Shown one piece after another: positions 26,346 to 40,724 of a stretch of 64,000 nt of DNA. Origin of the DNA: Octopus bimaculoides (taxonomy: Eukaryota); assembly GCF_001194135.2 (NCBI RefSeq), contig NC_068989.1:95757239-95821238 (forward strand), written 5' to 3'. The first letter of the stretch is position 1. Each line of letters opens with the position of its first letter. Both the position numbers and the translations under genes were made by a program. Under the pieces are notes generated by a model, which worked only from the letters and a program-made list of their open reading frames with translations, was not told the origin of the DNA and searched no databases.

Positions 26346-28320
26346 AATGGCAGTGATCTGCCTTAGCTAAAGAAACTCACTACAGCAGTGAAGCGACAAT
26401 TTCAAACCAGTTGCAGATTTGACAACATAGAAACAACATCGCTTTCTTCGACAGGTCGCATTTGCTGTGTCAACCACCAACAACACACAACTCATTTGAT
26501 TAATATCAGCCTCCACTTTGCTGCATATAAACCTCAGTGTATATAGTAAGCCATGTGATTTTCCCTGTCTCACATACACATATATTTGGTTCCCATTCAT
26601 ATGCAAGATCAATCCTCATTACCACTTGCTAGCACTCATTACACTACTGAATAAATTTCAATGTTTTTGTTTTATAAACTTGCCTTCTGAATATTCTTTA
26701 TTCATGCCTCTTTAAGAAATCACTGAAAATGGATTCTTTGCATGAACTGTCTTTAAAAAATGCTGACTATGCACATTATGTTACAACCCGAATGCATTAC
26801 ATATTAGGAGACATTCCTTCAAACTTCCATTACTGACTCACTCTGTTACATTGGTGACCCCCCATGTTGGAATATTTCTTCGCCCCAAAAAATAATTTTA
26901 TAAAACAGTGCTCTGTTACACACTGTATCACACTGATACTGCCTGGGGATTATGTTAAAGATGTGCCTGTGGAATACTCAGCCACTTACAATTTAATTCA
27001 GGAGTATGAAATTCAGTTAGATCAAACAACTGAATCCTCATCATCATCATCAAACGGCAGAGATCCACCACTAATAAATAGACCTCTATAGTTATAAAAG
27101 AAAAGGTTATTTTTATCTGAGCACACATAAAACTTGCTACTGAAATCTCAGTAACATGTTTGAACCTGATGACACCAAATGAAAGACAAAAAGCTCAAGG
27201 AAACACATAACATAAATAGGTACATATAAATAGCTAGACACATTGCTTCTGCTATAAATTTGATAGACTTCCTTTCATGTCTGCAAACAAAGTCATATTT
27301 TTCTTTTATTATTATTATTTTTAACCATACCTATTATCCTACTTCACTTTCTTCTTTTTTCCTCATTCCTAACCTTTTCTTTATCTATCCTCTAGCAAGT
27401 GATGTGTTATTTACATAACAAAGTGAATTTGTAAAGTTTATCAGCCATTTAAATGAAGAGTTTCATAAACATTTTGAATTTAGAACTTATGAAAACAACA
27501 TTTTTTGAATTAGCTAACACCATTTCAAGGTCATTTTCTTTTCGTCTCTTTGTTTTTAACCGACTTAACTTCAGATTTTAATGCACTTAAGCTGCGCTTA
27601 GAAACTACCTTCTCAGCATTCTACCATAGTGTTTGTAGTCTCATTTTACAGTTCACTTTCGTATCTCAAGTTACAAATTTAGTCCAGGACTTTATAAAAA
27701 TTTTTGTTCACAATTCTTCACATAATGTCTAACATACATTCGTAAAATTTTCTCAGAAGCATGGCATCACACTAGTTCTTTCTTCTACAAAAGCACCAGT
27801 TATTCACATGATTCTTAGATATTTTCTTGAAATGTCAAAAATATCCACACACACCTCCTGATGATATGTGTTAAATGAGATCAGAATATTTAAGAAAGTA
27901 ATATGGTGCAATCGAAATAAATTTTTTGCTTTAAATAATAACTTGATGTACTGCATACACAAAACAGGTAAGATATTTGCAAAGAAATAATTTATCAGAT
28001 AACATTTAATAACGCACAGTTAAAAAGAATGATTGTACTTGTGATTTTACAATTGCTGTTGACTCTCCTGTTAAGGTTTGTGACATGAAGATGCTGTATG
28101 TCAGAAAACAGCAAACAAGTCTTATGCTCCAGCATATGGTATGGTTTAGAGAGTTTTAGATGCAATCCACAAACTATTTAGTTGTAATTAGCTGTGAAGA
28201 ATGTTATACTGCAATTAAGTCATGATATTTTCTTTTTGTTGTCCAATCTCTTGACATATAGAGTATTTCAAAGATAATTACTTCTAAAATATTAAGGACA
28301 AGTGTATATACAACAATATA

Positions 28321-28350
28321 TTGGGTTGGCAACTAAGTTCCCGCTGTTTT
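28321..28350 (+). mobile_element. Solo mariner-type inverted terminal repeat
   Basis: TA|TTGGGTTGGCAACTAAGTTCCCGCTGTTT resembles mellifera-subfamily mariner ITRs. No partner ITR was found. Confidence 0.55.
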
Positions 28351-28404
28351 TTTAAATTTTGGAATTTATTGCGTTTTTAAATTTTGGAATCTATTTTTTT
28401 CTTT

Positions 28405-28605
28405 TACTCTTTTACTTGTTTCAGTCATTTGACTGTGGCCATGCTGGAGCACTGCCTTTAGTCGAGCAAATCGACCCCAGGACTTATCCTTTGTAAGCCT
28501 AGTACTTATTCTATCAGTCACTTTTGCCGAACTGCTAAGTTATGGGGGCGTAAACACACCAGCATCAGTTGTCAAGCGATGTTGGGGGGACAAACACAGA
28601 CACTA
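28405..28605 (-). mobile_element. SINE 3' body
   Basis: ttttgccgaactgctaagtta...agcatcagttgtcaagcgatg...ggacaaacacagacac is the reverse complement of the 12540-12620 body. Confidence 0.85.
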
Positions 28606-29302
28606 CCTAATTGGTAATGTATGGTAATTCTTTGCTATAATGTACAAAGATTAATTAATTAAAATTTTTACATGAATACTTTTTTGTAAATATTCCTAAA
28701 ATATAACCAAACCTGTCATAGTTGACTATATCTTTCACTGAGATTGATGTTTGAACACTTAATCTGATGTCTGATTATTACTAGCAAATTGTACAGTGCT
28801 CTTGAGCAAAGAACTTAATTTACTGTTGTTCTACTCCATTCAGTTGTGATGAGTACCAGATGGATGCTGGTGCAACCATCTTCCCTACCAGACGCTACAT
28901 CCTGGACATTCTTTTCAGATGAGGGTTAAGGAGTCCCATGGGTATTTGTCTGTTGGCAACTGCATTGGCACATAAAACAATCAGTGGAATCTTGGTACTT
29001 TACCCAAGCCACATTAACTCAGAACTGGTGGCTAGCTGCACTTGTTGGTATGCATTAAAGTTAATTTCAATTGAAGGAAAACAAAAAAAAGGAATAAGCT
29101 GTTGGCAAAATATTAGACTAAATAAAACAAAATAAAACAGAAACAAGAAGATAAACTTGTATGGTACAGGTATATATGTATCTGTAGTTATGCCTGTATT
29201 AAAAGTTTCAAAGTTTGCCATGACTAAAAGGAAATTACTCTTAAAACAAACAATAATGTATTTATCGGCATATGTGTAGATTTATCAGTCATTATGCTAG
29301 TG

Positions 29303-29359
<57 letters not shown>

Positions 29360-30011
29360 TGCGTGTGTGTTCATACAGGCACACTAGTAAAAGCTAAACA
29401 TTTAACAGAAATCCATAATATTGTGATGATTAAAAAAGGGAAATAGAGTTCAAATGTTAATCTAATATTTAAGTTCAAATTATGCAGTAGAAGCAGCTCA
29501 ATAATATATACATTATTAATATCACATACTAAACGTAAATGTGTTGTCAAAATACCAAGAACAGCAGTTTTTCATCCTAGAAAAATCCTGAAAATCCTTT
29601 CAAAGACATATAGTGTTGAAAAACACAATATACTTCAAAGCTAGGCAAAATGAAATCACCCCAAAGTGAGGTGCACAATAGAAGGAAAACAGATGACATA
29701 CAAGTAGTATAAGAATTAACACTGGTAAGCAATGAGCAAGGCATTGAAAGGAACAAGAATGCATGTGGATTTTATGAAATAAATCATTTTTCCATTATTA
29801 ATAAATTCAATCATTCAAATAATTATTACTTCATTTTTAAAAATGATGAGTTTATTTTCAAACATATTGCCTAAAAATATCATTGAATATTAATAAAAGA
29901 AACATTTAATGCGACCTAACCTGCAATGAGGATCTAAAAATTAACAGGAAATACTGATTTGATATTTGCTGACTTCTTTTATCCTTAATAATATATATAT
30001 ATTAGATATAT

Positions 30012-30180
30012 CAGATGTGACTGTGTGGTTAAGAAGTTTGCTTCCCAACCATATGACTTCAGGTTCAGTCCCACTGCATAACACTTTGGACAAGTGTCAT
30101 TTACTACAGGCCCAGATAGACCAAAGCCTTATAAATGGATCTGGTAGACAGAAACTAGAAACCCTATAGCCCATCACATA
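30012..30180 (+). mobile_element. tRNA-derived SINE head (family of 12314)
   Basis: gtgactgtgtggttaagaagtttgcttcccaacca...ggttcagtcccactg...gaccaaagcctt...ggtagacagaaact. Confidence 0.8.
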
Positions 30181-30234
30181 TATACATACACTTATATCAT
30201 TCAATATACACGATATAAAGATAAGAGCTACTAA

Positions 30235-31218
30235 TAGTTCCTTGCTATGAAGACGTGTGTCGAGGCAGGTTTTTATAACGTGCCTTGTGTCTCCAAACAA
30301 TCTTCAGGCTCTGAGCACACAGTCTGTTCTATTTGAAAATCAGGACGCTGGTACATGAGAAATCACGAGAAAAAATGAGAAGGTTGATGCATAAAAGAAA
30401 AGAAAGAAAATTAGAATTACGTCCCCTTTGTCTGCAGAACCCATAATTAAACAAGTTGTAGAATATTTCAACAAAGAAGGGTCCAGAGTCTGCATGACAG
30501 CTGCTCAATCTGGGGAGGGTGGTGTCCACCAGTTTGCCAAAAGAAATTTGTCTATATGCTTGCATTCACTGAAAATTTCAGATCTGGAATTAAGTAGTGC
30601 AGTGGAATTCTTTTGTCTAAAAGTAATGTGCGATCTTTCAGCTATGCATAAGTTGCATGTCTTAGATCGATTTACATACGGTATGGATTTCTTAACAATT
30701 CTCCTCTTGACTGTATGTGGTGTGTAGTTGGCCTTCAAACTCCATACATGGTTAGCCAATTTAGTGGCTTCACTTTCATGAATGTGCTGGAAAGATTACT
30801 GGTAGTTTGTATATGTCTTTTGAAATCACCTTCGCATAAACCGAAGCATTGCTGTGACTTCTGCTTCATGAATGACAAAGTTTATCAAACACGCCTGGTC
30901 AAATGAACAAGATTCAGGGTCTTGACAGTGACAACTAGGAGTGGGTTCTTGGTGATGCTTACATGTGACACTTTTCTTCATAATGGGGCAGCAGTTGCAT
31001 ATTTTAACCAAGCATCTATTGAAAATTTTCCTGTATTTGTGATCTACTGTAAAATGCTTATCTAAAAGAAACAAGAATTTCTTGCCTACATTAGTTTTAA
31101 CATTTAGGGAGAAAGATGGATTGGGGTCAACTATATTATTTTCCTGGATCTATTTTTAGGATTCTTATTTCTATTTGAAGGATTGTAATTCATGAAGCAG
31201 AAGTCACAGCAATACTTC
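30235..31218 (-). mobile_element. Penelope-like element, GIY-YIG-region remnant, 5'-truncated
   Basis: Minus-strand translations RSRKII...NVKTNVGKKFLFLLDKHF...KIFNR...CHCQDPESC...CLINFVIHEAEV and ANHVWSLK...CNLCIAE...LLNSRSEIFSECKHIDKFLL match the C-terminal pattern of Penelope-like ORFs, with frameshifts and stops. Confidence 0.85.
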
Positions 31219-31312
31219 AAGCTAGTGCATTAGTTTTTGCAAAGGTGACGTCATCTATGAGTGCATCAATAAAATTCCATGGAAACAACTGTAGTAAATT
31301 TTAAACCCCATT

Positions 31313-31518
31313 TCTTATTTCTTTATTGCCCACAAGGGGCCAAACAAGGGGATTAAGTCAATCACATCGACCCCAGTGCGCAACTTAATTTATCGACCCC
31401 GAAAGGATGAAAGGCAAAGTCGACCTCGGCGGAATTTGAACTCAGAACGTAGCGGCAGACAAAATACCACTAAGCATTTCGCCCTGAGTGCTAACGTTTC
31501 TGCCAGCTCGCCACCTTA
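31313..31518 (-). mobile_element. Young tRNA-derived SINE with an 18-bp TSD
   Basis: taaattttaaaccccatt at 31295-31312 and 31519-31536. CpGs are retained. Confidence 0.93.
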
Positions 31519-32039
31519 TAAATTTTAAACCCCATTCAACTCAGGGTTGATTTCAGGTGTGACCTACGTATAAAAAGAATGACAGAAATAGAAGTAAGTT
31601 TCCTCCAAAGATAATAAATAATGAATTTTTCTTAACTCTGTGTTCAGCACATTTGGGGGCTGCTGCTGCTGCTGCTGCTGCCTTTCCTCCCCCCTCCCCA
31701 CCACCACCACCACTTTACACATACTTTTCCATGCCAGCATGGATTGAATAGGTTTTCTCAGGTAGTGTTTTATGGTTGGATGCCCTTACTTTCAATAAAG
31801 TTAAATCCCAGCCATAATCTAGTTGATGTCTGATTTTTAAAAAATCCTTTCACTTTTTTGGACGGAACATTGTGTTTTCTTTTCCTTTTATGCAAACTGT
31901 GAAATTTAACCCAAACACCCTATACGTGTGTGTGCGTGCATGCAAACACACACACATGTGTGTGTGAGTGTTTAAGTATGAGCATGTGAATATGTGTACA
32001 TTTGCATGTCTTTGTCTTGGCATAACATGTTTGATGTAA

Positions 32040-32230
32040 ATGACTGTCATCTATATCCAATATTCCATGGAAACATGTCTGGCCATGGGGAAATATTACC
32101 TTACTTGGAAACACGTAAGGGTTGGCAATGGGAAAAAACATTCAGCCATAGAAAATCTGCCTCATTAAACTCTGTCTGACCCAAGCAAGCATGGAAAAGT
32201 AGATGTTAAATGATGAAGATGATGATTGAT
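32040..32230 (+). mobile_element. RTE-tailed repeat
   Basis: acatgtctggccatggggaaatattacctt...gcatggaaaagtagatgttaaatgatgaagatgatg; matches 13095-13260 in reverse. Confidence 0.7.
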
Positions 32231-33559
32231 CTTTTAATTCATTACATCAAAAGGTATGTTCTTCAGGTCTCCATCTACTCTGCTTATTTCTAGATATGCT
32301 ATACTGAGCCATCACAGCATTCCCTCCCTCTCTCCATTCCCTTATTATGCACACATACTCACTGTTCTCTTGTTAAAGGCATTTTTTTATTTTCTCTGAT
32401 CATGAACACAAAGGAAATTATATGGGCCCATTAAATACCTTTCATCATTGAAGTGGACAATAATCTTTAGTAGTGTTGAGAATAAGCAATTCATAAGAAG
32501 GTCACTGGATTCAGTTTGGTCAAGAAATCTTATGTTGTTCAAATGACAGGAAAGCAAAATGTAGTCCAAAGAGAATGAAGAAACATAAGATTCATGGTAT
32601 TTTGTTGTCAATGGAATGTTCGATAAAAATGTATTTAATAGCCACATATTAACATACAGGTATAGGATCTTACATCTGAAGATAATGTTGAATGTTTAAG
32701 TCATAAGTTAAATGAAGACTAACGAATGTGTTTAATGAAAACATGAAGGTGAATGAATAGTATTTTAAACAATACTTGAATGATAAAAACGCTGCATAGC
32801 TGCTGATACAACTAAAGGAAGAATAAATTAAGTCTTTAGCTATCAAAATTATTATTGATTTCATACATAAATATAAATTCCAGATTATTAATCAAAATTG
32901 GTTTAAATTAATTAAAAATATAACAGTAAAATAACAAAGGGCTAAAAATATGGTAATTATGTCATTTTTTAGAATATCATTTATTTGATTACTTAAATCT
33001 TCAAAAGTTACAAAATTTCAGTGGTAAATTAAATGCAACTTACTGTCTAAATACATGAAAGCAACTCTAGTAATGATTAAATATTTATTACTGAAATCGA
33101 AGAAAGATAAGATGATGGCTATGATGCAGAATCTTTTCAGTATAGCTTTAGAAACTTGAGATGAAGCAACTGAGCTACTTGAACTACCAGCAAATAATTT
33201 GTAGTAATATCTACTTAATGTTAACTCTTCCCTGACTCACACCAACTACGCCCACTTTCTACCACCCCAATCTGATGTTCATCTCTCACCATGCTTTCAT
33301 CCGTATCCCTCATTCATTGCATTCACCTGTATAGCCCATCTGTCACTCTCTTTTCAGACTTTAATGAACTGGTCTACTCATCCACACTTTCCAATTCTTT
33401 GTTCCTATGGTGTCACCTCTTTGTCATTCCAAGCTATGCTTTTCTCTCTTCCCAGGTGGGACAGGTAGTCTCTACTCACTAGCATAATACCCTAACCCAA
33501 TCCCAACATTTGGCATAAAGCCATCTCCTTCAAGACCACATCTCTCCACTCGGTTGAGG

Positions 33560-33690
33560 GGTCTTGTCTTGTGAGTTGCCTGGTGATCTCACTTGTGCCA
33601 GTGCCATTAAAAAAAAAGGCACTCAGTACTGTCTGTAAAGTGGTTAGCATTAGAAAGGGCCCATAGTTATAGAAGACCTGCCAAAGTTAA
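33560..33690 (+). mobile_element. Degenerate RTE 3' UTR remnant following a pyrimidine-rich tract
   Basis: ggtgatctcacttgtgccagtgccatta...gtggttagcattagaaagggc; similar to 3470-3560. Confidence 0.5.
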
Positions 33691-34341
33691 TGTTGGAGCT
33701 CAATGCAGTTGTTCTAGTTTGTCAGATCCTATCAAACCACTCATGTCGAGGCTGTGCTTAAAATAAGGATAATCTGTCAACATATCCTTAAAAAAATCCA
33801 TAAATAGTGAATGGGTTGAGAATTTACAATTGGAAAAACAATACAAAACATAAGGTTTGCTCTGTTTTTATACATTATGTAAAATCAGAGCAAACCTTAT
33901 ATTTTTAAATATTTCTTATATAATTTACATTTATCTGAAATATATCATTATTTAAATTATACAACAAACATATTGTACCTAATGTATACACTCTCCTTAA
34001 TGTCAAACATTTTTACTATCAGATATTTCAGGATTGGTAAATATACAACTGCTGAAAATAGCAGTTAAAACTTTGCTAAATCACATTCTTAAGTAAAGGT
34101 TATATTAAAGAAAATAGTTTCTGATATACAAACATGGTTGTCATAGTTTTTCAACAACATTTTCAACTACAATTAATCTGGAAGTACACTACAGCATCTA
34201 GGTTTACTTCTTACTAATGGCAGAGGGCAGCCAAATTTTTCTCAAATCACACCTTACCTTCTTTATTTATGAAATATGCATTGTAAAGGGTAAACCTTCT
34301 TGTTCCTACACCTGTCTTCATCTTTGTTTTCCATAAATGTG

Positions 34342-34383
<42 letters not shown>

Positions 34384-35804
34384 ACACACACATGTATATA
34401 CATTTTCATCAACACAGAGACATGTACACATACACGAATTGTATATTCTTCTTGAAATAGTACAGAAAACTCTTTGTTAGGTTTTCTTTTCCTTTTAACT
34501 AATAACTTCTGTGCAGCAAAGTTTTAAAACACTACCAATTTAGCATTTACCATTATGAATTTTATGATAGAGTTGTATCCTTTCAAATAAGTTTGTAGGG
34601 CGTGTTTCTTTTAACTTAGCCAAAGAAGAGTGTTTTTAGTATAAATTTTAATAAATTTCACAAAATTAATTTATTGTAAAACAAAATTTAGTAGATTTAG
34701 GGGGAAACAGGAAAAAAAAAATCAACTGCTTCATAAATGATACTAACTCAAGTTTATTAATCTTCATAAATCTTGAAGAATTTAACTCAAGTTTAAAAAT
34801 TAGAATGCAATATACATTAAACAAATTCATGTATTAAAATAGCTAGACAAAAATTGATTACTTTTTAGTTTTATACTTTAGACAAAACACATTTAAAATT
34901 AATGAATTATTCATTACAAAAATCTTAATATGTATTTTTAGTGCTTTCAATTAAACCTATTCAAAAATATCAGAAAAACAACAATATGTTGAATTTTAGA
35001 TTTTAACTGAATAAATAAATAAAATTTCATTTATATTATAAATGCTGCAAATGTTTCTTTGTTTGCCCAATAAATATTGAAAATCGTTTTCTAATAATAA
35101 TCAAGCAAACATAAATAAAGTAAATTCACTTTAAGATATTTCAAAATTCATCACTATTGCACTGTTGCCACAAAAGAGGTTTTGTTAACTACAAAAGATT
35201 GCAAAGAACATGACTTAAAACTATTAAGAGGATTAGAAATGATGAAGTATATATTTTAAGACATTGCACACACACATGTACGCGATGCATGCACACACAC
35301 ACGCGCACACGCACACTGTGGTTCTTCACATTTCTGCTTATGAAAAATGCAACAATTTGAACTGAAATTTTAAATTTCTTAGAGGAGGAAGTGCAGTAAC
35401 CTTGATCGTTTACAAGACCTCTGAGACAGGTGAGAAGCTATGTTGGTTTCAATGCTTGCAACAAAGTGGACTATATCAAATATGCCAAAAGATGAGATGG
35501 ATGGCGGTGTTCAAGTCGGAAATGTGATGAAAAGCATGTTGTTTCAGAAATTTCCATCATGATACACTATACTTACAAGAAAAGTATTGATTTTGTGTGT
35601 GTGTGCATGAGAGAAATGTAATGACTTGAAATAACTATGAAATGGTAGGCAATAGGCAGAGTTTAAAACTCTAGTTTAGGATAGAGCAATACCTGCAGTT
35701 GATTATAAATTAATGATCAAGGAGCCTAGTGGATAGTACAACATCTAGACAGCCATTGCACCTTTCATTACAAATATATGTACATGCACATGAGTGTGCA
35801 TGCT

Positions 35805-35858
<54 letters not shown>

Positions 35859-38059
35859 AGAGAGAGAAAGCATTTAAATGTATGAAACATATCATGTTTA
35901 TTTTTATTGTGTATTTCTAACTTTAGCTTCATACCAAAATGACAAAATTAATGAGCACCAGTACTTGACTTGTAGTATCTGTCAAACCTAAAAAGAAGAT
36001 GAACAATGAAGACTAAAAGTCAACAGTGGTAGGATTTGAACTAAGAATGTAATGAAATATAAATGAATACTACAACCATTTCTGCCATTCCACCATTCTA
36101 CTAGTTTTAGTATTCATAGTTGAGAAGTTGAAGACAGCAGAGACTAGATCAAATTTAAATGCAGGATGTTATTTAGCTTCATATCTCAGGAATGAGTTCA
36201 AATCATGAAATGAAAGACTTGGTTAATAATTCCTGTAAGTGTTCATAGCAGTGTTTTTTATAGTGGATGTAATTGTATCAGCTCATGTGAAAATACTTAT
36301 GCATGCAAACTTTCTTTTACTAAGAAAAACTACTAGATGGTAAATTAAGCTCTCAGAAACATTAATCTACAATACGTTTTCAAATCAAAGATGCTGACAA
36401 AGGAATAACTGCAACAAGTCAGTTTTATTTTTCTATAGAGATACTTGAGCAAATAGATGAATACTTCTGAATACAAAAAGTGAAACAATTATATATTATG
36501 CACAAATAAGTAACTGCTGATTGATGAATAAAAGGACACTTCTATTTGATAATACAAGAGTTTTAAATTACACAACTTTTAATTTGTTCATTCTTTAGTC
36601 ATTCAAAGAAAGTAACAATTTGCAATAAGCCTAGCAGGATAGAAATGAGGAACAAAGAAACCAAATAATTTGATAAGATTTTTATTATTGTCGTGTTGCC
36701 TTGAATAAACAAACTATGCAATAAATGAGTTATGGACTGAACTTTGCTGCTCAATCCACAAATATAGGGATCCAGATATACTAGGGTCTATATTTCTATA
36801 CCTTGTTTAATCTGTTCTAGTAAGAGTCGTTGCTGTTGGTGTTCAATTTGAACTTTTGAAAATGAGCTCTGGAAAGAGTATTTTGAACAAAATGAATTAT
36901 TTGGAGGTCTGGAATACGGAAGAATACAGAAAGAAGGAAAATCACATGCACTGAGAAAATTTTAAATGGGATAAAAACTGGAAATTTAGACTAACAGAAT
37001 GTAGTGAGGAAAGAAACATTATATCTTATAAGCTAATGGCTACAATCCAATGAGTAAAATAAAAGAAAATACAAAACAAAACTGAATAGCTTGTCTATTT
37101 GTGTGAATGCATATCTCTGACAGGTGCATAATTCTATTAGTGTCGTTAGTATATCTTAGAGTGAGAGGTTATGAAACTGTTCATAATTTCCCGACCCTTG
37201 ACATTTAGACTGTGATGCAATTGTTATAAATTTATGGCTGCCATGGAAATTCTTATTATCAACCTAAAATAAAAGACCAAAAATGATTTTGCATGTAGTA
37301 TCTCTGCAAGCAGATACTACATGTATGTCTGTTTATGCACTTCTCTTGAACATGCAAAGTCAAACTAGGGAATCAAACTGAAGGTAATATAGTTGCATTT
37401 TCTGCATAACTACAGCTTTCAGGAATTACATCTGAATACTTTCTAGTTTGTGATGGCAAGTCATATTTATCTTTTCCATTGCCCTTGGAGTTGTGTTTGT
37501 GAACTACTCGCTTATAAGGTTTGTTTACACAAGGGCTATGCTAGAATATAGTGTCATTCTGTTAGCTTTCTTAGAACAGCCATAAATGAAGCACATTACC
37601 AACTGGTAGAGAGCATTTAGCAACAATTCAAGAAGTCATTTTTCTTACTGATGAAGCTAAATTACAATTCATCAAAAGAGTTGTTACTCTTGTTTTGGTT
37701 TTGTTAAGCATTGTTTATCTCCTCAAAATGAATAGTCTCAGTTAATTAAAGTTAACACACTCGTTACATTAAACAGGACTTGATTTTGAAATTATCATTT
37801 TCTTAGTAAGGCAAGGGAATTCTGCTATTACATGTGACCTATAGAAAAAGATCAAAGCTCAAACAGTACGATGAACTGGTTAAAATTGACATTTCCTATA
37901 TAAGAAGTAACTGACTTAGTCTACACCTCTCCTACAAATATTTAGCTTTTTATCAAAGCAAAAACAGAAATCGCAATCAACAGTTGCTAAGTTCTAGTTC
38001 TGGACCTTATGCTTATTGTTCACCAGAGTTGAGACTGTTTTCTATTTCCTTTGGAATTA

Positions 38060-38366
38060 TTAAAAGCACCATCAAACGTGGCCGGTGCCAGCGCTGCCTT
38101 GACTGGCTTACATGCCAGTGGCATGTAAACAGCACCAACCGATCGTGGTCATTGCCAGCCTCCTCTGGCTCTCATGCCAGTGGCATGTAAAAAGCACTCA
38201 CTACACTCACGGAGTGGTTGGCTTTAGGAAGGGCATCCAGCTGTAGAAACACTGCTAGATAAGACTGGAGCCTGGTGCAGCCCTCTGGTTTCCCAAACCC
38301 CAATCGAACTGTCCAGCCCATTCTAGCATGGAAAACGGATGTTAAACGATGATGATGATGATGATA
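38060..38366 (+). mobile_element. RTE 3'-end repeat with two hairpin units and a (GAT)n tail
   Basis: aaaagcaccatc...gccagcgctgccttgactggc...ggaagggcatccagctgtagaaac...gttaaacgatgatgatg. Confidence 0.88.
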
Positions 38367-39429
38367 TTCTAGGTTTGAGTAAGTCTAGTTTACTACAACT
38401 CTTCACAAAAAATGTCTTATATCAAGCTAAATAGAAATTGATATTTTTTTTTAATCAAAATTAAGAGACTAAAATGACCTGAAATTACAAAATTTTTTTT
38501 TTTTTAATAAATGAATTTCATTATAAGAATTCAGAGCAAATAATTAATATGAAAAATTAACATAGAAAAAAACCCAATAAACTAACATAAAATTTTCAGA
38601 AACAAATCTATTTTCTTTTAGCCTCAAAATAGATAAATGACACGGAAACATAAATATTTTAAAGAGATAAATAGTTATTTCAATGGCTTATATACCTAAA
38701 GAGAAGCATTTTTGTATTCTCCAAGACAGAGTTTCTTTATGAATATTCTACATAATGACTATATTCTGAGATTAGATTATTTTCCACTAAATTAGTTAAA
38801 ATACAAAAACTAAGAAAATAATGGTCAAAATAATTTAAAACCATAATTGAAAGAAATTGTCATAATTATAAGAAATAAATTTCAATTGGAATTATTTCAA
38901 ATTCTAATTAAATCTGGAAGTATTAAAGAAAAACAATTGCAAAGTAAATGCTGATCAAGGAAAGAAGTGGCTAAGGTAATTCTCATTAAGAGAAAAGATG
39001 ACACCCAGTAAACAAGAAATATAGACACAGCATACAAACAAGATAATATGAAGGGAAGTCGACAAAAATATACAAGGAGATATGCTAAAATGTAAAGGCT
39101 GAAAATATAAAAATATTGAGTACTAATCAAATCATTCCATTAAAATAAATATCAATATAACTTTCAGTTCTTTTAATTCTTTTTATTACTATTATTATTA
39201 TATGATTTCTTTGTACACAGTACATGAAGACTAAATTCAAAACATGACAGTTTTTCATTATCTTTATCTTTTGGATACAAATATAAGAAAAAATAATTGC
39301 TAACTACTATTACTGAAAGGGAAAATTAAATATATTCGGTTATTTAATTAATGTTTACAATCAAATACAAACATCAGATGTCTTTCTTAATATTTTAACC
39401 TGAAAAAGAACAAGTCTTTCAAGCACAAA

Positions 39430-39469
<40 letters not shown>

Positions 39470-39492
39470 CATACATACATACATACACATAT

Positions 39493-39630
39493 ATCATCAT
39501 CATTTAACGTCCGTTGTCCATGCTGGCATGGGTCGGACAGTTTGACCGGGGCTGGCCAGCTGGAAGGCTGCACCAGACTCCAATCTGATCTGACATGGTT
39601 TCTATAGCTACATGCCCTTCCTAACGCCAA
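39493..39630 (-). mobile_element. RTE 3'-end repeat
   Basis: catcatcatttaacgtccgttgtccatgctggcatggg...gcccttcctaacgccaa. Confidence 0.85.
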
Positions 39631-40724
39631 TGCACATGCACACACACACACACACACACAACATGTATATGCACTTTCATTTTAATTCTATGCTGATCCA
39701 TATTAGCTTAAATTTGGTCAATGTAGTCACAAGTTCCTTCAAACATTATCTTAAGTTAGATTACAAACATTTTACTTTTGGCTCTGAGNNNNNNNNNNNN
39801 NNNNNNNNNNNNNNNNNNNNNNNNNNNNNNNNNNNNNNNNNNNNNNNNNNNNNNNNNNNNNNNNNNNNNNNNNNNNNNNNNNNNNNNNNNNNNNNNNNNN
39901 NNNNNNNNNNTATCAGAATAAGCACCAGTCAAAACCTTTGTTGAAACAATTCAACGGGAAATAAATACATAAAAATAAAAACCTAAGTTTCAATGTAATT
40001 TCTCTTAAAACGAGTGTAAAGTTATAGTGTCATTAGTACAAACAAAAATCTGTAACAGTTCATAACAGCTTTTTTTTTTTTTGTAATTCGGTATAAAAAT
40101 ACTAGTCTTGCTGTAGGTAACATAAATCCATATTTCAAAATTTATCAAATAAATATGTATTTATGGAATTCATCTACATGCAAGCTCTGTTCATCAGCAA
40201 CTAATCAGATAGCACAGAATTTCTTTGATGATCTACTTTAAATTTGCAATTCATGCATTATATTTGTTTCTGCTGGATAAATTAACATGTTAAAATTAAC
40301 ATATTTCATAATGATTTTAGATAACACATAAAATTTCCGCACAATATACACTTTACAATAAATTCCCAAATGAGTACAGAAGAAACAAGTTAATCTTGGT
40401 TAAGGAATGTAAAAGGGACTGTGAACAAAAGACTACTTCTATGAAATATTATTTAGGACAGACATCAAAGAGGTTGTGAAGTCCAGAATCCATCCACTTG
40501 TGCACATACAAATGTTGTATACCTCTAACACTAATATCTTGCCTACCAGGTGAATGTAAAATCAGCACTGGCTTAAATTGAAAGCCAGGATAACAAAACA
40601 GTGAATGTTGGATACGTCTTTTAACAAAGATTAATTGGAAAGGAACTGTATTATTAATGACAATAAACGATAGAAATTTCCTGGTCAATGACAGGAGAGT
40701 TCTTATGTAAACATCAGGTGTATT

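Noticed and set aside
27690-27770. Integrase zinc-finger-like words (RMYVRHYVKNCEQ)
   Set aside because: Too short, surrounded by stops, and no other integrase motifs.
30260-30310. Hammerhead in the Penelope 3' end (CTGAAGA on the minus strand)
   Set aside because: No intact stem II or GAAA follows.
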